Shown: positions 1 through 12,042 of the stretch, piece by piece | Layout: every line of letters starts with the position of its first letter | Numbering within the stretch: position 1 is the first letter of the stretch | Assembly (NCBI RefSeq): GCF_046128005.1 | Contig: NW_027466835.1 | Span: 4,750,430-4,814,429 of the forward strand | Direction: 5' to 3' | Source of the DNA: Genypterus blacodes | Lineage: Eukaryota | DNA: 64,000 nt | The notes under the pieces: model-generated | Told to the model about the DNA's origin: nothing | The model's database searches: none | The model's input: the letters and a program-made list of their open reading frames with translations, nothing else | Made by a program: the position numbers and the translations under genes

Positions 1-852
1 ATCATGTACTGTACAACAGGAGAACCCTATTGATTCCATGCATGTATATGGCTTGATTTTTGCATATATTGCATTTTGCCTTGAGTCGCAGTAAAGACAA
101 ATACTATACTAATACAACTACAGTGTTGAGTGCATGGTAAAGTCAAAGTTAACATCAATGCTGTATTGTATTTACAAAAAGCTACTACTTATTCACTTGA
201 TCATTAAACATAATAGGTAGGTATAGCGTGTTCTTAGTCCAACACACTTAAGAGAAGAACGCTATGGAAAACAAATTAAATTTCAATAAAAACTGTCTTG
301 CACGTAAAGAACAGAGCCTTAGGTTACGTTTAATTAGACAGAAAGGCATTTGGTCTGCATTGCCAAGGCTTCTTCTCCTGAACAGTAAGTGACACACTTT
401 TCTCCTGGCTCCAAAACATTTACGTTGTGCCAACCTTTCAGTGCCGATCCTGTTAACACAGATTAATTACACCCTCACCCACGATCTGTGGGAATCCAGG
501 AGTGTGGGATGAATTTCCCCACCTCTCCAGGTGTACTTACAGGACGTTAAGTCTGTTATTATCCATGTTTTCATTGGGAGAAAAGTTTGGTGAAAGAAGT
601 CGGAGTGTGTGTTCGTCATGTAAGGACTTGTAGACAGACAGACAGACCTGAGTGAAGAGAAGCTGAAGGTGTGGTTTAGGACCTGACATATATCTGTGTT
701 ATTAGGGGAGTGTGAGTGTGAGTGTGAGTGTGTGTGAGTGTGAGTGTGTGTGAATGTTCGTGCAGGTCAGTCATTCATCACTGCTCTGTGTGTGTGAGAA
801 AGAAGCAATATTTGGCTTTGTTGACATGCATGCCAGTGTGTGTGCTCACTTG

Positions 853-899
<47 letters not shown>

Positions 900-3409
900 C
901 CCCCTGTGAGAAAGGCGAACAAACACACACAGGGTGCTGTAACGTATAATAGAAGCTCTCTTTTCTGCATCCCTGTGAGACAAATTAGTATTTGAGCCTC
1001 CATTGACATCTCCGGCTGCCTGTTGGCGTTGTGTTTGGGATGTGTTTCTATGGAGAGCGGCGCTGGAATGGGTCTGTGTGAATTGCCGTGATGGTGGGAG
1101 CTCTGGCCTTTTGTATCGGTGGGAGGCGAGCTCCAGGCCGGGCAGCAGCCAACAACACGGTCCTGGCATCAGAGGCAGCCAAAGCAAAAGGCCGAGCACT
1201 AAGCTGCAACAAACCTTTCAGAGTTTTCACCCTTTTCCACCACCACCAACTCCCTCCTCCATGATCTGGGATTGCAAAAAGCAGAGTCATCCTTTAAACG
1301 ACCCGATAAAGTGTATTAGTCCCGAGAGGCAGTGAGGCCCTTACACTTAACAAGGTCATTAAAACTAAATGACCTTGTCCGTCTGAACAGTCATTATTAA
1401 GAAAGATGGTTTTGCACCTGTGGCAGATGGACTATGATGGACCAGACTTCATCCTAAAAGTGCATTTAGATTGAAGGTTTTGAACTAAATGAGAAAGAAA
1501 ATAAGAGGATGTAAATCCTGTGCAGAGCTCAAACACGACCCAGGTGGCTGTACCTTCAGCTTGGTCTCTCTTAGCCATGGCTGCTGTTGGGAAGCCAGCA
1601 GAGGGATTTAGTCTTTGTCGGCACAGTAGCGATTCTGGCGGGGCTGCGCAGAGGAAGGCAGGATCTGCAGCGTGAGCCATAGGCCATAAACGGTACATGG
1701 CTGTATCTCCCCTTATCTTGCCCTCAAAGATTCCCTACACTGACTCCCTGTGATATCACTGACACAAATATTCTGATTTTGTCAGAATGTTATTGCCTTC
1801 AAGATTGCACAGCGGCGGAACTCTACTGCCAGATCCCAGACAGAGGGAGACGGGGAGACGGGGAGCCCAGTGAGCGGCTGGGTCACTCCAAGAATGTGAC
1901 ACTATCAGCAAGAATGTCATTTAACGTGACAGCGTCGCAAACCACCAAGGCTGTGAATCTCTCTCTCTCTCTGTCTGAAAGGATCAACACTGTGTGTGTG
2001 TGGTAGCTCCTTGCATTTGATACCACCATAGTGCATTCCAGTCTGCAGGGATGACACCACTCCAAGCCAGCATTGGAAGCTGAAGGAGAGCTGAAGGGGG
2101 TGCAGGTCAGGCTGTCTGTGGAGAGGGTCACGACACTCTCGTTCTCCTTCTCTCTCCATAAATATCCCCCTCTCCCTGTCTCTCTCTGTCTGTGCCTCCC
2201 CACTCCTTTCAGCGACGAGTGGCGACGGCGATGAGAGGTAAGGTCAGAGAGGGCCTTGTTCTCCCAGAGAGCGTGTGAGAGGAGAGGGAGGAAAAGCAGA
2301 GTAGAGGCCAGAGAGGAGAGACGGAAACACCCGCGGCTTTCTCAACACAGAAGCTTTTCAGGGGTCTGTTCTCAGCTGAGGAGCGTCAGGTGCTGCCAGA
2401 AGCAGAACAGGAGAGAGAATTGAAGAGGGGAGACAGAGGACGGATTGTCCGCCTCAAGTCTCTCCAGACGGCCTCTTTTCATTGTGCAGGCTGCATGCGT
2501 CCCACACGCGGCCCCAAACAGAAGCTAACAGCAGGCCAGCGCTCCCATTGGCCTCGCTCTCCCCACAGGAGAGTGCACACCGGAGCTGCCGCATTAGCTG
2601 ACGGCAAGACTCACAACTGCAGCTGGATTAGCTGTTATCATTTCAAATAGGTGTCAGGGACGAGGGTACACAGAGGACAGGCCTGAGAAATGTCAGGGGA
2701 AGAATGTATGGCTGCTGCTTGAAACTCATTTCACTGTGGCCACGAGGAAGGCTGGCAGGATGCTGAGCTCTTCCACAAGTGAGTCAGCACAAGTTCATTT
2801 AACTTTGAGGTCTTTTTACAACTTTGTGTTTTCGCAAAATGTCACTTTCACAAAAATCAATGATTGCCAATGTTCTAAGAGAGAAATGTAACACTGCCGT
2901 TGTCCTGAACTGAACTGTGCAAAGGATGTTTAGAATGCTCCACTCAAGAGCCAAACCTGAGCTGTATAAGGTAACAGACTCACGCTCTACAAGTTTGAGG
3001 TTCTGCCATGAGTAAACAGGCTCTGGTTTGTTGGGGTCCAGTTTCCTTCGGCCCTGTATGGATCTGGCCCAGGTGCTGACTGATCCATTTTGAGTTCATG
3101 TCTGGATGGGTCCAAGTAGTATGTGGTTGTACAGCCTCCATTTGGGTTCAAATGTTCAGGTTTGTGAAGACCACTAGTTAATGTACACTACATTGATCCC
3201 CACAGGGAAATTCACCCCCTGAGTTTATCCCATCTCAACTATATAGAGTAGCGGGTAGCCGCATCGCAGCACCTGGGCCAAACTCCAGCTCTACAGCATA
3301 GTGTGTGAGTGTACCGACTCATACACAGGGACACCTTGTAGGTTCCACACAGACAGCACTGGGGATAGTAGAGATTTGAAACCTGGTCCTAGGTGCTGCA
3401 AAAATATCA

Positions 3410-3491
3410 CGTCACGAACAGGATTCGAACCTGTGCAGGGAAACCCCATTGGATTTCGAGTCCATCGCCTTAACCTCTCGGCCACCGTGAC
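3410..3491 (-). tRNA. tRNA-Ser (anticodon CGA), 82 nt, long variable arm
   Basis: Reverse complement reads GTCACGGTGGCCGAGAGGTTAAGGCGATGGACTCGAAATCCAATGGGGTTTCCCTGCACAGGTTCGAATCCTGTTCGTGACG. It shows the 7-bp acceptor stem, a D-arm GCCGAGAGGTTAAGGC, an anticodon loop CTCGAAA, a class-II variable arm and a T-arm GGTTCGAATCC. A Pol III T-run (TTTTT) follows within about 10 nt on the minus strand. It is near-identical to vertebrate tRNA-Ser genes. Confidence 0.85.
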
Positions 3492-4183
3492 CTTGTATTG
3501 AAGTGTAACCCCTATGTGTGTCTGGACATTTGTACAACCAATGTTGCGCTATTGGCCTTGCGCTATATTGGTGGAGTTGCTACAACATATAATAGCTACG
3601 GGTGTCTTTTTGTTGTAGAAACCACAGGGTGGAATATTTTTGGCTTGAGCCTTAACCAGCAATAATTGTCATTGTGGCATCACGCTGAAAATGCCCCACC
3701 CTCTTTCAGATACGAGCAGCTGTAAGTGGAAGTGTAGCTTTATCCGTTATTTGTCAACATCTTGAAAGTGTAAATCTTGGTTCGGTTCAGGATCAGACGG
3801 GCTGAGGCGCAGAGCGTAACAAGAAAGGCCGCACCTGTCACAGAGAGACTGTGAGAGCACCAATCATCATGTGTTTGAACCGAAAGGATCGGATATTCGT
3901 TGGGCGCTCGGGCTTATTGAATACTTGCACTGACACTCTGAGTCACGGTGTCAAACTTACGCGTACAAACTCTCTATCTAAAACGTTACTCAGAAAGGCG
4001 GGAAACAGCAAAATAAACGAATAATGCTCAATGAACAGAAAAAATCGATGTCCCTAGCTCTATATGGGAGGACATGTACAGTATTTGACGCCTGAGGAAA
4101 ATGGAACACCCAAGAAGAGCATGATGAACCCAAGAGCTACTTGCTGTAAGGCAACAGTGGAGCGTGCGACAGAAAAACATATT

Positions 4184-4265
4184 CGTCACGAACAGGATTT
4201 GAACCTATGCGGGGAAACCCCATTGGATTTCAAGTCCCACGCCTTAACCTCTCGGCCACCGTGAC
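4184..4265 (-). tRNA. tRNA-Ser (anticodon UGA), tandem paralog of the gene at 3410-3491
   Basis: Reverse complement reads GTCACGGTGGCCGAGAGGTTAAGGCGTGGGACTTGAAATCCAATGGGGTTTCCCCGCATAGGTTCAAATCCTGTTCGTGACG. The 5' half and acceptor are identical to the upstream copy. The anticodon loop is CTTGAAA (TGA), and the T-loop is TTCAAAT rather than TTCGAAT. There is one mismatch in the anticodon stem. A TTTTT terminator lies downstream. It could be functional or a recent pseudogene. Confidence 0.7.
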
Positions 4266-6132
4266 CTTATTTTTGGCCATTTTCAGTCATTTTCAAACTC
4301 TGATTGACTGTAAAACATCTGTACATCAGTCAGCTCCATCACAGCAGCTCTGGTGTGAATCCCCTTCAGCAGCGTTTTAATACTCCACCAATAACGCAGC
4401 TGTTCCACTTAAAGACCTTCGTCATCAGTCTTAAGGGAGATCAGTGTCCTCCTCTGTTTAAACAAACTGTTACACAACGCCGGCGAGACACTTCAGCCTC
4501 AAAACTCTTTCTGCTGCACTTTTTTCCCCCAAACTGTCAAAGAGCCGTCGCATTGTTCCCAACCCTCTACGAATAACACAGCTGTGCTGTTTCTGGGAGA
4601 TGACTCCAGATGTTGAATCACTGAAAGTCCTTGTGGTAGATGGAAGGATTGTAGGATTTCTTTTTCCCTCCTCCTACTCTGTCTCTCTCTCTCCGTCTCT
4701 TTGTAACCCCTCTTTTCCCCTTTGCACACACACATTACATGCAGCCTCACTAATCCCGTCCATTAGTCTTGGTTATGCCCTCGGCTCTGTCTGTTACCGT
4801 GCCCACATGAATGCCATCTCCGAGATTACACAACAGCCTGTACACAAGGAAGGAAGTGCACAGCTCAAAAACAACCCTCCCCTCTCTTTACTTCTTTCTT
4901 TCATGCTTTCCTTTTACAACTCTGGAAAACATCTAATGTTTTTGAACTGGTTTGTTATTTATACTGGATCACAAGTAGCCTGTAGCTGCACTGCGCTGTC
5001 TGCGGGTGAAATGAGAGGGAACATGACCATTTGTGTTGGTTATAAAGTCTTTCTTCTTTCTAGCACAAACAGAATGTACAAATATAACAACAACAATAAT
5101 AATACTACTACATACAACAACAAACATATATTTTTGTATGTGTATTTCAGTACTTCAGGTACTCGGTAGGTTCATACTATACCATACATACTATAGACTA
5201 TAGAGGTGAGATTATGAAACAAATGCGCAAAATTTTTTACTCACAAATTGTATATTTGTGAGTAATGTAACTGTACATGTCGTAATTTGAGCACTGCTTG
5301 TGTTGAAATTCTTTTGGCGTTCCGTGGTGTGTGTGGACTTTTTGGGATCCAGGCGTACGGTGTCTGGACTCGCCGGCGTATGAATCAACAGGGAGGAGGC
5401 AGAGCTGTTCCAGTTACTCATCAAATATCTGAGTAACACTCATTGTGAACCTCTGCAGGGCATCGCTCTGCACCGGCATGTCCTGACAACAGGCGCACTA
5501 CATCATTAGCAGAACACATCAAGTCCCATCAATCCCAGCCCACTTCTCCAGAAAACTTCTATTACTGTCATCAGATTTATGGAAGCCTGGATTGGTTCCA
5601 TCCATTTATCACCTGCATCATCTCAGACACCACATCCTGGATATTGATGATAAAAATGATTCATTTTACATTTAAAGGAGCAGTCTGTAAGAATGTGGAG
5701 AATTACAAGGAATTATGACAGTTTTATGAATGAGAAATGCTTCCGTTTCGCTGTTTGAATTTTCCAAAACGTCAGCAAAAGCACTCGATGAAACACATGT
5801 TGGCATGAAGTGCCCCTACGAAAAAGGGGGAGTTCTGATCAAAGAAAGTTTGCCTTCTTCTTATTTGTCCTTGTTTTTACAATGTCATATCGTGACTCTT
5901 AATGAAATCCTTTCCATGCAAGCTTGTGTGTGTGTGTGTATGTGTGATCTTTGAAGTCATGTGTTGTGTTTTACAGCAGTGAAAGAGGACTGGATTCATG
6001 TGGGTGGGTGGGTTACTGCGGTGAATGGCAGAAATAGGATTTCCAAAACGAAGCAATGTTACAAGTGTTTATGTGGCTGTGCTGCTCTGCCTGCTGCGTG
6101 TCGCTCATGTCTGTTAATTGTTTCTCTCTCAG

Positions 6133-8631
6133 GTTTTCGGCCCTGCACCACGCTGCTCTCACAGGGACCATAGAGCTGCTGTCTGCGCTGCTAGAGGCCC
6201 AGGCTACTGTGGACATCAAGGACAGCAATGGTTAGATACACACATACACACGGTATACAGTATGTCTCCAAACTTAACTTGCACCCCAAATGGAATAACG
6301 GACAGATGCATGATTGTTTTAAATGGAATCATAGTGATAACACAGCTTAATCTAAAATCACATATACACTCTGGCTGAACACAACAATCGCTCTCTCAGT
6401 TTCCAAACCAAAAGAACCGCACAGAAGCACCGAGACCAGACCGAGGAAGTGGTCAGGTCACAAACAAACCCTGGAGCTGTTTGTGGTGTGAATATGATCT
6501 TGTGAACCAAGTCCAAGGCGATCTATTGATCTGTTGCTTGATCTAAAACCAGGGGCTTAGAGCTGAACGGCAAATGTCTCCACATTTAACTACCCGTAGC
6601 AAATCAAACAAAAGCTGTAAAACTTTATGGTTTATTTGGATGGATCGTGTTCACAAACCCTGGGCCGCTACTGCCCAGGAAAGCAAATTAAACGTGTGTA
6701 AATCTGTGTTAGACAATCCCTTTTGCTACAAAAATGATTTCTCTTCCGCTTAAAGCGACTTCATTTATGGTTATTAAACCCCTGCAGGGATGCGTCCGCT
6801 GCACTATGCGGCCTGGCAGGGAAAAGCCGAGTCCGTGCTGATGCTGCTTCGCTGTGGCGCCGGGGTCAACGGCGTTTCCTTGGATGGACACATTCCTCTC
6901 CACCTGGCCGCACAGTATGGACACTATGAGGTGGTAAGTAGAGGGCATTCATGCATTATAGGGGTTCATGTGTATTCCCCCTCATTTAAAGCGTAATATA
7001 GTTGGCGGTATGTGTTAAACATTCTTGGGACGCACCCTTAACCGGTCAGTACCTAAAAGGTGATGTTTTCACTCACTGTGCACAGGGGTGTTGCCGCAAG
7101 GGAGAGAAGATGGATCAGTGTGTGCAGGGGTTTTTCTGCCCAGTAAAATATTGCAAAGGTTTCAAAATAGACCTCTAAATGAAAACAGGACTATGGTAAT
7201 TAATATAACATGTCCTCTTTAAAGTCAAAAGCTGTTCTGGTGAGATGTTTTCAATATTTAAGCCATCCTCTGAAACAAACATCCCAATCATTTAGCCTCA
7301 TGATCGGGATCCAAACTCCCTCTGCTGGGTGGACGAGTTCACATCAGTCCCCTGTTTTGTTTTTAAAGGTTTGAAGATCAATCTGACCCTGAATGGGCAA
7401 AGTGGTCCCACATCTGATCTTAGTATTGCTTCAGAGTAAACAGGTCAACACACTGCGCTCACTTCACACAGAGCTCCAAACACACATGGGCTCAGGCGAA
7501 GCGCCGTGTGTGGTGTGTGGTAATTGCAGGGATTGGGATGGGGCTGTGTGCGGTAATGCAAGAAGTCATCGGTGGTGGTGGTTGTGTGTGTGTGTGTGTA
7601 TGTGTGTGTTTTTGTTGCTGGAGTTACTGTGATTGGATTGTACAGGGGTGAGAGAGAGCGGGGGGGGGAGAGGGAGAGAGGAGGCACACAAACCAGTTGA
7701 AGGTCCACAGGGAACAAATCGGAGAGAGCGGCGGTGGATTCGATTGGATTTGTAAGGATTCATGTGGCGATAAAGGGGGTCGGGTGATGGAGTGTGGGTT
7801 TGGGGGGCTTGACTCCCAGTGATCAGATTGAAGGGGTGTGTAGGGTTGTTCTTTGTCTAAAGAGGCACGAAAAACAATGACTGGAGTTGGCGTTCAGCGT
7901 ATCTCCAGAGGTCTCTTTGCATTTCATGTCCACGCTTGCACGGATCCAACAGAGGACGACGAACAAATACACAGTGTGCGTTCTGTTTGCTTCCATTGTT
8001 GAGACGGCATCTCTCTGTTAATCAGGGCAGCAAAAGAGAGGAGAGAGAGAGAGAGCAGGACCTTGTGTTGTAAGGAAACTAATGTGTGGTTCAATCTCTG
8101 TTTCATTGTCATGTGTTGGATTCTAATTAAATGAATTGAATTTGCTGTGAAATCTCAAAGCTGCCGAGTGTGTTTCCCCCCGTCCTGTGCGTGTTAAGCA
8201 GTGTGGACAGGATAGACAACCTGCTGCAGGTGGAGCACGGACCACGCCCCGATCCCACATGCAGCAGCACACAAACAGCCTCAACAAGCATCACAGAACA
8301 GTTGCGGTGACATTAAAGGGGCAGTGTGAGTTTGAGGTCAGCAGTCAGCCGCGGTTTGTACTGAAATCAGCCTCACCAGTTTAGTTGTCAGCTCACATCC
8401 CATTGGCTTAAACATTAAGGGTTCCATGCTGGTCTCAAACAGGTATGAATCCTGCAATCCTATGAGCGCTGTTACTGTGGAAAGGCTTACTATCAATGGT
8501 TAAGTGTGTGTCTGTCTGTGTGTGTTTCAGTCGGAAATGCTGCTGCAGCACCAGTCCAACCCTTGCCTGGTGAACAAAGCTAAGAAGACGCCGCTGGATC
8601 TGGCCTGTGAATTTGGCAGGGTGAAGGTAAG

Positions 8632-8669
<38 letters not shown>

Positions 8670-11600
8670 TGTGTGTGTGATTGAGTGTCTGTCCTCCCCC
8701 TCCAACCATTTAGAGAAACATTGTGAGTGTGAACCGATGATCTGCCTGTCAGTTTGAAGGTGCATTCATCTTAAGCTGTGACTACACGGTAACAGCTGGA
8801 CAAATACACACACTCAACTCTCACCCACACACACACAAACAGGAACCTCTGGGATCCTCTACATATGGATATAATTGCGTTGCCACGGCTACTCTTCTTC
8901 TCTGGCCCTAAACAGGGCTGTTATCTTTGTATTGTCTTTCTCATTGCGTTAACTTTTCCTGCCCTGCCCCCTTCGCTCTCTTGTTCACTCGAAATACTTT
9001 CGCTAAATTAAACCAATCGGACCATCAAACACTGATTTTCTTTCCTTTTCTGGCTCTGAAGTTAATTTGAACTTTAATCTTATGGCCTTTCGTTCTTGTT
9101 TCTCTCAGATCCAGCACACAAATCACACAGCGTTCCAGTTTCAGTTGTTTCAGGAATTTGGATGTCACAACCCCCGATAAAGCCAAACTGTTGCACCAAT
9201 GTGATGTAATATGATAACAGATGAGTCATTCTGAAAACAAGTTTGGATGATTTCATACTTCAAAATAGATCACAATTTAGTTTCTGTTATGCAAAATAGG
9301 GGGTTTGAGGAACATTTCAGCGCTGCTTCTCTACATCTGCAGTGGTCATTTGCATAGATTAGTTATTTTTGTGGATGGATGCCTGCTTTTATTTTTGCAG
9401 GGTTTTCCTTTTGAGCATCAACACAACAAAGATACGAAACAGAAACAGCTTACCTGGCCAACGACAAAAACATGTATTGAGTTGTTCTATTCGATGTACA
9501 GAGTGTGTGAGACTAAATATCAGATGGCTGCAGTGTGTGAGTCCCTCACAGTTCACTCTGAAAGTGAACGGCAGGAAAATAAAGAAGGAAAGTTTGGCCC
9601 CGACTTGACTGGAGGATAGAGAGACATTGTGAAGCAGAGCTGAAGTCAATGTTCCCTACTATTTGAGTGAACACGACTCGCCGCTGTGCTGTGGAGGAAG
9701 AGAAAAAAAAATCCCTTACGGCTTTATTTATGCAGCGAGCGAGGGGCTCAGAGAGAGAGAGAGAGAGAGGGAAGGAAAGAGGAGAGGAGGGGGGGCGTCA
9801 TCACAGAGCTAATGGCAGGTTTGTCGTCGGCTCAGCCAGTCAGAGTTCAGTGGTGGTGAACGGCTTTGTTTTGACTTGTGTGAGTTTGTTAAATGAGACA
9901 TGAAAGTAGAGCCTGTGCAGAGCTGATTCCCCCCCCCCCCGAGGTTGATTTAAATTTCACTGGGATATCTTTAGAGTGGCTGCTTGTGCTTATGGAAAGT
10001 GTGTGTGTGTGTGTGTCACATGTTAACGCCTCAGCTGCTGCGGTGATGCCAGGGTGCGGTGAAGGCAGCTGGTTCCCCTTTAAGCCGCCGCGTCTGCATT
10101 CATCTCTGCTCCGCTTCACCTCCCTCCTTCTAACCTTCCTCACCTTTCCTCACTTTTCTGTCAACCTGAGCGATGTTTTCATTTTCACATCACGGCTTTC
10201 GACCTCACAAAACTCACCCCATATGATGTGATCTACCCAGGCAGAAGAGACCAGGATTAATGACTAACGAACTAACTTTGATGATTTTAGTCAGTATTGG
10301 CCGACTCCAACAGGTGGAAAGAAGAGGTGTGGAAGTGTCTGTGTTCCAAATTGGGAAGAAATCATGAGAAAAACTCCAATTACATTCATCATTCCAAGTA
10401 TTACCTGGAAAAGAGATCCACCTCAGTTTTCCAAGGCGGTGTAAAGTGGAAAAGATGGATTTCTAACACAGTGTTTGTGTCCCAATCGCACTTTTTTTAA
10501 TTTCCAATAGAGGGCGGTCATCTCTCCAGCCAGTGCAGTTCTAGTATTCAGTGTGCGTCAACAATGTCACAGAAAATGTCATGGACACACACATCTGAGC
10601 ATCACGTTGACCCGTCGTGACACAGCAGAGACGTGGAAATCAGTGCTGCTCATCGACAACAGAGCGTTTGAGATGGTTTGTGTCTGGAAGCTTTGCTGTG
10701 AGCTCAGGCGGTGCAGAGACGAGGGTTTGCATTGCTGCCAGATGTCTGGAATCATTTATGGCGTTTCGGGTCGCTGAGGCATTACCTCATACTCACCTGC
10801 AGGGCCGCTGAAGTATTTTATGTCCCCAAAGTGTGTGTGTGTGTGTGTGCGTGTGCGCTGGACTTCCTCTGTTGAAAAGCTCCATGTAATAGATTCTGTA
10901 TTTAATTATTTGTTTTGGAACTAGATGCAGCCTTCACTCATCGCTCACCTGCGTCCTCTCCTCTCTCTTTCTGCTTTTTGTTTTTCTTTCTCCATCCCTC
11001 CCCTGACCTGTGCACATCCACCCCCCACCATGCACACACACACACACATACACACTGCCTTTCCTCCCGCTTTGCCTCCCTGTCTGCGCCTCCTCAGGTT
11101 GCCCAGCTGTTGTTGAGCAGTAACATGGTGGTAGCTCTGCTGGACGGGGAGAGGAAGGAGCAGACAGACTCGTCCTTCACCACGCCGCTGCACCTCGCCG
11201 CCCGCAATGGACATAAAGACATCATTCGGTAAGACGGTGGCACAATGCTCTACATTCAGCCGTAAAAACTGAAACGTGTTCAAGCTTTACTGTTTGGCTG
11301 GAAAGTACAGATCACGCAGAGCGGCACTGCTACAGACGGCGCCACACGGACACTGCACCAGTGGCTGCTGGGAACATGTGACACTTTGCCAAAAGGGCGA
11401 GAATGTTTTTACATTTATTTGTGGGAAAAAAAAGGGCAGGAAAACGAGCCTCACAAGAGGAACAACTGGAAAGCTTGTGTTTTTAGCTTCTCCGTGTGGT
11501 TGACCTCTTTCAGTGAGACGTAACCCAGCGTAATCAAACCTATCAATCAATCAATCTGTTAAGCCCTCATGTTATGTACATTATGGGACCTCAAATGAAT

Positions 11601-11988
11601 GCCAGTTATATGGAATCCAAATACCATTTTATTATTAACATTTAATCATGTACGATTTTAATTAAGTTGTGTTTACGTTCCCTTTCTCTCTTTGATTTTT
11701 AAGGTGTGTGTTTTGTAAAGGCCAGTTCTTTAAAAATGTAAATGTAAAAGAAAAAGAGGAACAACGCGAGTATTTCAAAAACCTTTATTTCCCCTTTATT
11801 ATTATCATCATTACATTTTCTTCAGGAATCATTTATATTTCAGACCCATTTTTTAAAGACGTGATCAAAAACTCCTAATGCGTCGGTGTTGCCGTCCTCC
11901 TCTGGGGTCCATGTCTGTTCCTTCCTCTGAACCAAGGAGGGACGTGTTGTCATTTTGACCCAGTTCTGCCACAGTTGCTGTTCTTTAG

Positions 11989-12042
<54 letters not shown>

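Noticed and set aside
2211-2235. An ATG followed by a strong GTAAGG donor (gcgatgagag|gtaaggtc) in a GA-rich region. I considered it as the caskin2 first coding exon.
   Set aside because: The encoded start (MR...) does not match the CASKIN N-terminus (MGKEQ/MGREQ...), and no ankyrin-encoding exon follows in frame. It is more likely a 5'-UTR exon or chance. The true 5' exons are probably outside the window.
3301-3501. Plus-strand ORFs 3301-3501 and 4064-4264 (66 aa each).
   Set aside because: They are antisense read-throughs of the two tRNA-Ser genes. This explains the shared ...GFEPVQGNPIGF... / ...DLNLCGETPLDF... peptides. They are not coding.
4600-5169. Plus-strand 189-aa ORF.
   Set aside because: It is low-complexity (S/L/N-rich, poly-N from an AAT/AAC repeat) with no domain signal, and it lies in repeat-rich intron or flank sequence.
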